A model generated the notes under the pieces. The model was not told the origin of the DNA, did no database searches, and saw only the letters and a list, made by a program, of their open reading frames with translations. DNA of 32,000 bases from positions 3,000,001 to 3,032,000 of the forward strand of contig NC_000964.3 in NCBI RefSeq assembly GCF_000009045.1. The letters are read 5' to 3'. The DNA is from Bacillus subtilis subsp. subtilis str. 168. GTDB taxonomy: Bacteria; Bacillota; Bacilli; Bacillales; Bacillaceae. Position numbers and translations under genes: made by a program. Shown here piece after piece: positions 28,297 to 32,000 of this stretch. Positions within the stretch are counted from its first letter, which is position 1; the number at the start of each line of letters is the position of its first letter.

Positions 28297-29634
28297 ATGA
28301 AACACTCACTGCCTGTCAAAGATACCATTATTATTGGTTTCATGCTATTTGCGTTATTCTTTGGAGCAGGAAATATGATTTATCCGCCGGAACTTGGACA
28401 AGCAGCCGGACACAACGTCTGGAAGGCCATCGGCGGATTTTTACTGACAGGGGTAGGCCTGCCGCTTCTCGGCATTATCGCCATCGCATTAACCGGTAAG
28501 GACGCTAAAGGCCTTGCTGACAAAGCGCACCCTGTTTTCGGCACAATCTTTACTGTCGTGCTTTATTTATCAATCGGACCATTATTCGCCATCCCGAGAA
28601 CAGGAACTGTTTCATATGAAATTGGCGCTGTTCCGTTTTTGACTGGTGTACCAGAAAGACTTTCTTTATTAATATTTACACTTATCTTTTTCGGCGTTAC
28701 GTACTATTTAGCGTTAAACCCATCTAAGGTTGTGGATCGAGTCGGAAAAATTCTGACTCCCATCAAATTCACAATTATTTTAATCATTGTTCTCAAAGCC
28801 ATCTTCACGCCGATGGGCGGATTGGGCGCCGTGACAGAAGCATATAAAGGAACACCGGTTTTTAAAGGATTTTTAGAAGGCTATAAAACAATGGACGCAC
28901 TTGCTTCAATTGTATTTGGCGTTGTCGTTGTAAATGCTGTAAAAAGCAAAGGCGTTACACAGTCTAAAGCTCTTGCTGCAGCCTGCATTAAAGCAGGTGT
29001 GATTGCCGCTTTAGGCCTGACTTTCATTTATGTATCCCTTGCTTATTTAGGTGCAACAAGCACAAATGCCATTGGTCCTGTTGGTGAAGGAGCTAAAATT
29101 TTATCTGCGTCTTCCCATTATTTATTCGGTTCATTGGGCAACATCGTACTCGGAGCAGCGATTACAGTCGCATGTTTAACAACAAGCATCGGCCTTGTCA
29201 CATCTTGCGGCCAATATTTTTCAAAACTTATTCCGGCATTATCATATAAAATTGTCGTTACGATTGTCACGTTATTCAGCTTGATCATTGCGAATTTCGG
29301 ACTCGCGCAAATTATCGCGTTTTCTGTTCCTATTTTATCAGCTATCTATCCGCTTGCCATTGTCATTATCGTTCTTTCCTTCATCGATAAGATCTTTAAA
29401 GAAAGACGCGAAGTGTACATCGCATGCTTGATCGGTACAGGACTTTTCAGTATTTTAGACGGTATCAAAGCAGCCGGTTTTTCACTTGGATCTTTAGATG
29501 TGTTTCTAAATGCGAATCTTCCTCTTTACAGCCTCGGCATCGGCTGGGTGCTTCCAGGAATCGTCGGAGCGGTTATCGGCTATGTGCTGACCTTATTCAT
29601 CGGACCATCCAAACAGCTTAATGAAATAAGTTAA
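28297..29634 (+). CDS. braB: Branched-chain amino acid transporter (LIVCS/BrnQ family)
   Basis: 445 aa from MKHSLPVKDTIIIGFMLFALFFGAGNMIYPPELG; about 12 hydrophobic segments; RBS taggagg. Confidence 0.95.
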   Translation: MKHSLPVKDTIIIGFMLFALFFGAGNMIYPPELGQAAGHNVWKAIGGFLLTGVGLPLLGIIAIALTGKDAKGLADKAHPVFGTIFTVVLYLSIGPLFAIPRTGTVSYEIGAVPFLTGVPERLSLLIFTLIFFGVTYYLALNPSKVVDRVGKILTPIKFTIILIIVLKAIFTPMGGLGAVTEAYKGTPVFKGFLEGYKTMDALASIVFGVVVVNAVKSKGVTQSKALAAACIKAGVIAALGLTFIYVSLAYLGATSTNAIGPVGEGAKILSASSHYLFGSLGNIVLGAAITVACLTTSIGLVTSCGQYFSKLIPALSYKIVVTIVTLFSLIIANFGLAQIIAFSVPILSAIYPLAIVIIVLSFIDKIFKERREVYIACLIGTGLFSILDGIKAAGFSLGSLDVFLNANLPLYSLGIGWVLPGIVGAVIGYVLTLFIGPSKQLNEIS

Positions 29635-29642
29635 TGTCACAG

Positions 29643-29671
29643 AACGCCTGCGTTATTGCGCAGGCGTTTTG
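29643..29671 (+). terminator. Intrinsic terminator of braB
   Basis: 10-bp perfect arms AACGCCTGCG (29643-29652) / CGCAGGCGTT (29659-29668) then TT. Confidence 0.88.
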
Positions 29672-29675
29672 TAAT

Positions 29676-29713
29676 AAAAAAAGAGCCTGCTCATTACACT
29701 GCGGGCTCTTTTT
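29676..29713 (-). terminator. Intrinsic terminator of ezrA
   Basis: AAAAAGAGCC-tgc...gc-GGGCTCTTTTT arms; minus-strand CTCTTTTTTTATT. Confidence 0.8.
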
Positions 29714-29728
29714 CATGGTCGTGATTAT

Positions 29729-31417
29729 CTAAGCGGATATGTCAGCTTTGATTTTTTCAACTGCACCTGGCGCAGCCTTTTCTACAGCGGCAGCGGCAAT
29801 TTCATAAGAGTCGTCATAATCAAAAGCATAAAAACGTCTTTCCGCTTCTTTCAGCTGTTCAGATAAAATATGATTCTGGCTTCTGAACCGGTTTCCGAAC
29901 TGAATGATTTTTTCAATGAGGATGACCTGCTCGACAAGTTCCTCTGATTCCCGGCTTGCCCTGTTGACGATATCTTCTGCTTGTTTCAAATGGGCTCCGG
30001 CTTCTTCCATATTTAATGGAAGTTCGTTTAGTTGATTGACCGTTTCTTGAATATGATGATGCGCGTTCTCCAGCATCTCTTGAATATGGCTCGGAATGCC
30101 TGGAATGTTGCTAGTCTTCAGCAGTCTTGCTGTCTCAGAAATTGTTTTTTTCAAATTGCTGAGCGTCTCCCTCGCCTGAAGCTCTTCTTTTCTCAGCGCT
30201 TGCAGATTTTCACGATACTCGGCATGCTCTTTTTTCACTTCTTCAATTTGCTTCTCTATTGAAGCAACTTCTTCTACTAAAAGTGAGTAGGCGACATGCT
30301 CTGCATCAAGCTTATCTTTAACGGATGATAGCAGCTTTCCAATTTCATCAAGGCGCTTTTCAAAAGCCTGCTGTTTGCCGAGCTCACCGGCTGTCAGCCT
30401 GTAGCTTTCCTTCACCAGCTCAGTTTCCGCTTTCGTATGCTCTTTCTCTTCTTTAAGCTTGTCGTAAGCAATAATCAATTCAGGCATTTTGCTTAGTACG
30501 GATTGACCGGCTTCAACTTCGCCCTCCAGCTGCTGATAAACAGATTGAATATTTTCGTCAATGAGCTGCAGGATTGCGGACGCTTCATCAATATCCAGTT
30601 CAGTCATCAGGACATGTTCCGCTCGTTTCAGCTGGTTTGACAGATTTTCTAATTCCTTATCAAGCTGGATATGCTCAAGCTTGTACCCTTTTTCTTTCAT
30701 TTCGCCATAGCCATCCTTGAGCTTTGCAATCTGTCCGGGCACCGTCTGTTTACAGTCAGCTAACAGCTTCGGCACATCATCTATGTATGACTGAAGCCGT
30801 TCAAGATTGCGGTCCTGCTCAAGCAGTACTTTTCGTGCAGTAATATAGTTTCCGCCTTCTGTTTCTTCTTCAAATTGTTTGATGCCGCTCCAAATTTCGT
30901 CCAGATCCTTTTCAAGGCTGTCATAAAGCTCCCCGTAAAGGTGGCTGTAAGCCAGCAGGTTTTTTCGAGATTTCGAATAGCGCTCCCTCACCTGTTCAAT
31001 CTCTTCACGGCTCTTTTCCTCACTTGTGACAAGATCGCTGATTTCCCGAAGAATCTTTTCAATGCTTGATTCAGCCGCTGTCAGCAGGTCGTCGATATGA
31101 ACGAGCACTTGATTGGCCTTTTTAAACCGGTATTTGTCTGCATTTTCCTCGGCATCATAAAGGAGCTCTTCAACTTTCGGCATGTGGGCTGTGACAATCT
31201 CATCCCATTCTTCACGCCACTTCTCAAAGAACTCTTCTGTCTGACCCGTCATTTTTAAATGTTTTATTTTAGACATTTCTTCCACGATCGACCGATTCAG
31301 AATTTCAATCTTCCACGATTCCAGCCGGTCGATTTCGGCGTAGATTTTTTTCCTGAAAAAGTAGCCTGCCGCAAACAGCGCAAGCAGTACAATTAATAAT
31401 CCAATGACAAACTCCAT
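29729..31417 (-). CDS. ezrA: Septation ring formation regulator EzrA
   Basis: 562 aa; single N-terminal TM MEFVIGLLIVLLALFAAGYFF then long coiled-coil. Confidence 0.97.
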   Translation of the reverse strand: MEFVIGLLIVLLALFAAGYFFRKKIYAEIDRLESWKIEILNRSIVEEMSKIKHLKMTGQTEEFFEKWREEWDEIVTAHMPKVEELLYDAEENADKYRFKKANQVLVHIDDLLTAAESSIEKILREISDLVTSEEKSREEIEQVRERYSKSRKNLLAYSHLYGELYDSLEKDLDEIWSGIKQFEEETEGGNYITARKVLLEQDRNLERLQSYIDDVPKLLADCKQTVPGQIAKLKDGYGEMKEKGYKLEHIQLDKELENLSNQLKRAEHVLMTELDIDEASAILQLIDENIQSVYQQLEGEVEAGQSVLSKMPELIIAYDKLKEEKEHTKAETELVKESYRLTAGELGKQQAFEKRLDEIGKLLSSVKDKLDAEHVAYSLLVEEVASIEKQIEEVKKEHAEYRENLQALRKEELQARETLSNLKKTISETARLLKTSNIPGIPSHIQEMLENAHHHIQETVNQLNELPLNMEEAGAHLKQAEDIVNRASRESEELVEQVILIEKIIQFGNRFRSQNHILSEQLKEAERRFYAFDYDDSYEIAAAAVEKAAPGAVEKIKADISA

Positions 31418-31613
31418 AATGAGCCCCCTTGCTGTTTACCTTAATCTGTCAGGGTGTTTTATTTATTCAGAAAGATTTCAGGATATGTATTGAGAAAAAC
31501 TGTCGTTTTCATTGTTATTATGATACCATGTAACAAACATTTTTTGACCAGAAATCAAAAACTTTTTGTGCAAAATCGGCAGGATTTGACTATTTTTTCA
31601 TGGGGTGACATCA

Positions 31614-32000
31614 ATGCAAAAGCGAGACGGACATATTCACACACCATTTTGCCCTCACGGCTCCAATGACACACTCAGACAATATGCAGAAGAAGCCTTA
31701 AAAAAAGGGTTCGAATCGATTACTTTTACCGAACACGCCCCATTGCCGCCATCTTTTACCGATCCCACGCCGCTGAAAGACAGCGCGATGGCGCAAGCTT
31801 CTTTGGAACGCTATATTCATGAAATTTCCGGATTAAAAAAAGAATATCGCGGACAGCTTAGCATACGGACAGGGCTTGAAGTCGATTATATCGCTGAATT
31901 TGAAGACGAAATTACATTATTCCTAGACACATACGGGCCATATTTAGATGACAGCATCTTATCCGTTCATTTTTTGCGCACAGACTCTTCCTATCTATGC
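31614..32000 (+). CDS. hisJ (hisK): Histidinol-phosphatase, PHP family, truncated by window end
   Basis: MQKRDGHIHTPFCPHGSNDTLRQYAEEALKKGFESITFTEHAPLPPSFTDPTPLK...; HIHTPFCPHG PHP motif; RBS ggggtgaca. Confidence 0.94.
   Translation, partial: MQKRDGHIHTPFCPHGSNDTLRQYAEEALKKGFESITFTEHAPLPPSFTDPTPLKDSAMAQASLERYIHEISGLKKEYRGQLSIRTGLEVDYIAEFEDEITLFLDTYGPYLDDSILSVHFLRTDSSYLC

Noticed and set aside
31454-31669. 71-aa minus-strand ORF between ezrA and hisJ
   Set aside because: Overlaps the hisJ start on the opposite strand; no RBS or similarity recognised.
1-32000. CRISPR array, prophage, IS element, tRNA or rRNA
   Set aside because: No regularly spaced repeats, transposase or phage proteins, or recognisable tRNA/rRNA sequences seen by reading the window; gene content is contiguous core metabolism.

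Overview
This window is a Bacillus subtilis-type chromosomal segment with gene order and protein sequences matching the ytn/ytm-argGH-ackA-tpx-sppA-sspA-thiI-braB-ezrA-hisJ region. Recognition is from recalled protein sequences and synteny; no database search was possible. Nearly all of it is ordinary, densely packed core genome. From left to right: (1) a large leftward sulfur/alkyl-cysteine salvage operon (sndA/ytnL, ribR, cmoJ/ytnJ, cmoI/ytnI, cmoO/ytmO, tcyNMLKJ, snaA/ytmI) with its divergent LysR regulator ascR/ytlI; (2) ytkL and ytkK; (3) argGH with ytzD; (4) moaB, ackA, ytxK, tpx, ytfJ, ytfI; (5) yteJ-sppA with a very good SigW-type promoter; (6) an NAD kinase paralogue convergent with ytcJ-ytcI; (7) sspA with a SigG-type promoter; (8) thiI-nifZ; (9) braB, with two abutting CodY-like boxes; (10) ezrA; (11) the start of hisJ. 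I see no CRISPR array, prophage, transposon, tRNA/rRNA or defence island. I did not find an undescribed system. The most interesting element is the sulfur operon carrying RibR, a flavokinase fused to a domain reported to modulate FMN riboswitches. The other useful observations are regulatory sites and intrinsic terminators read directly from the sequence.
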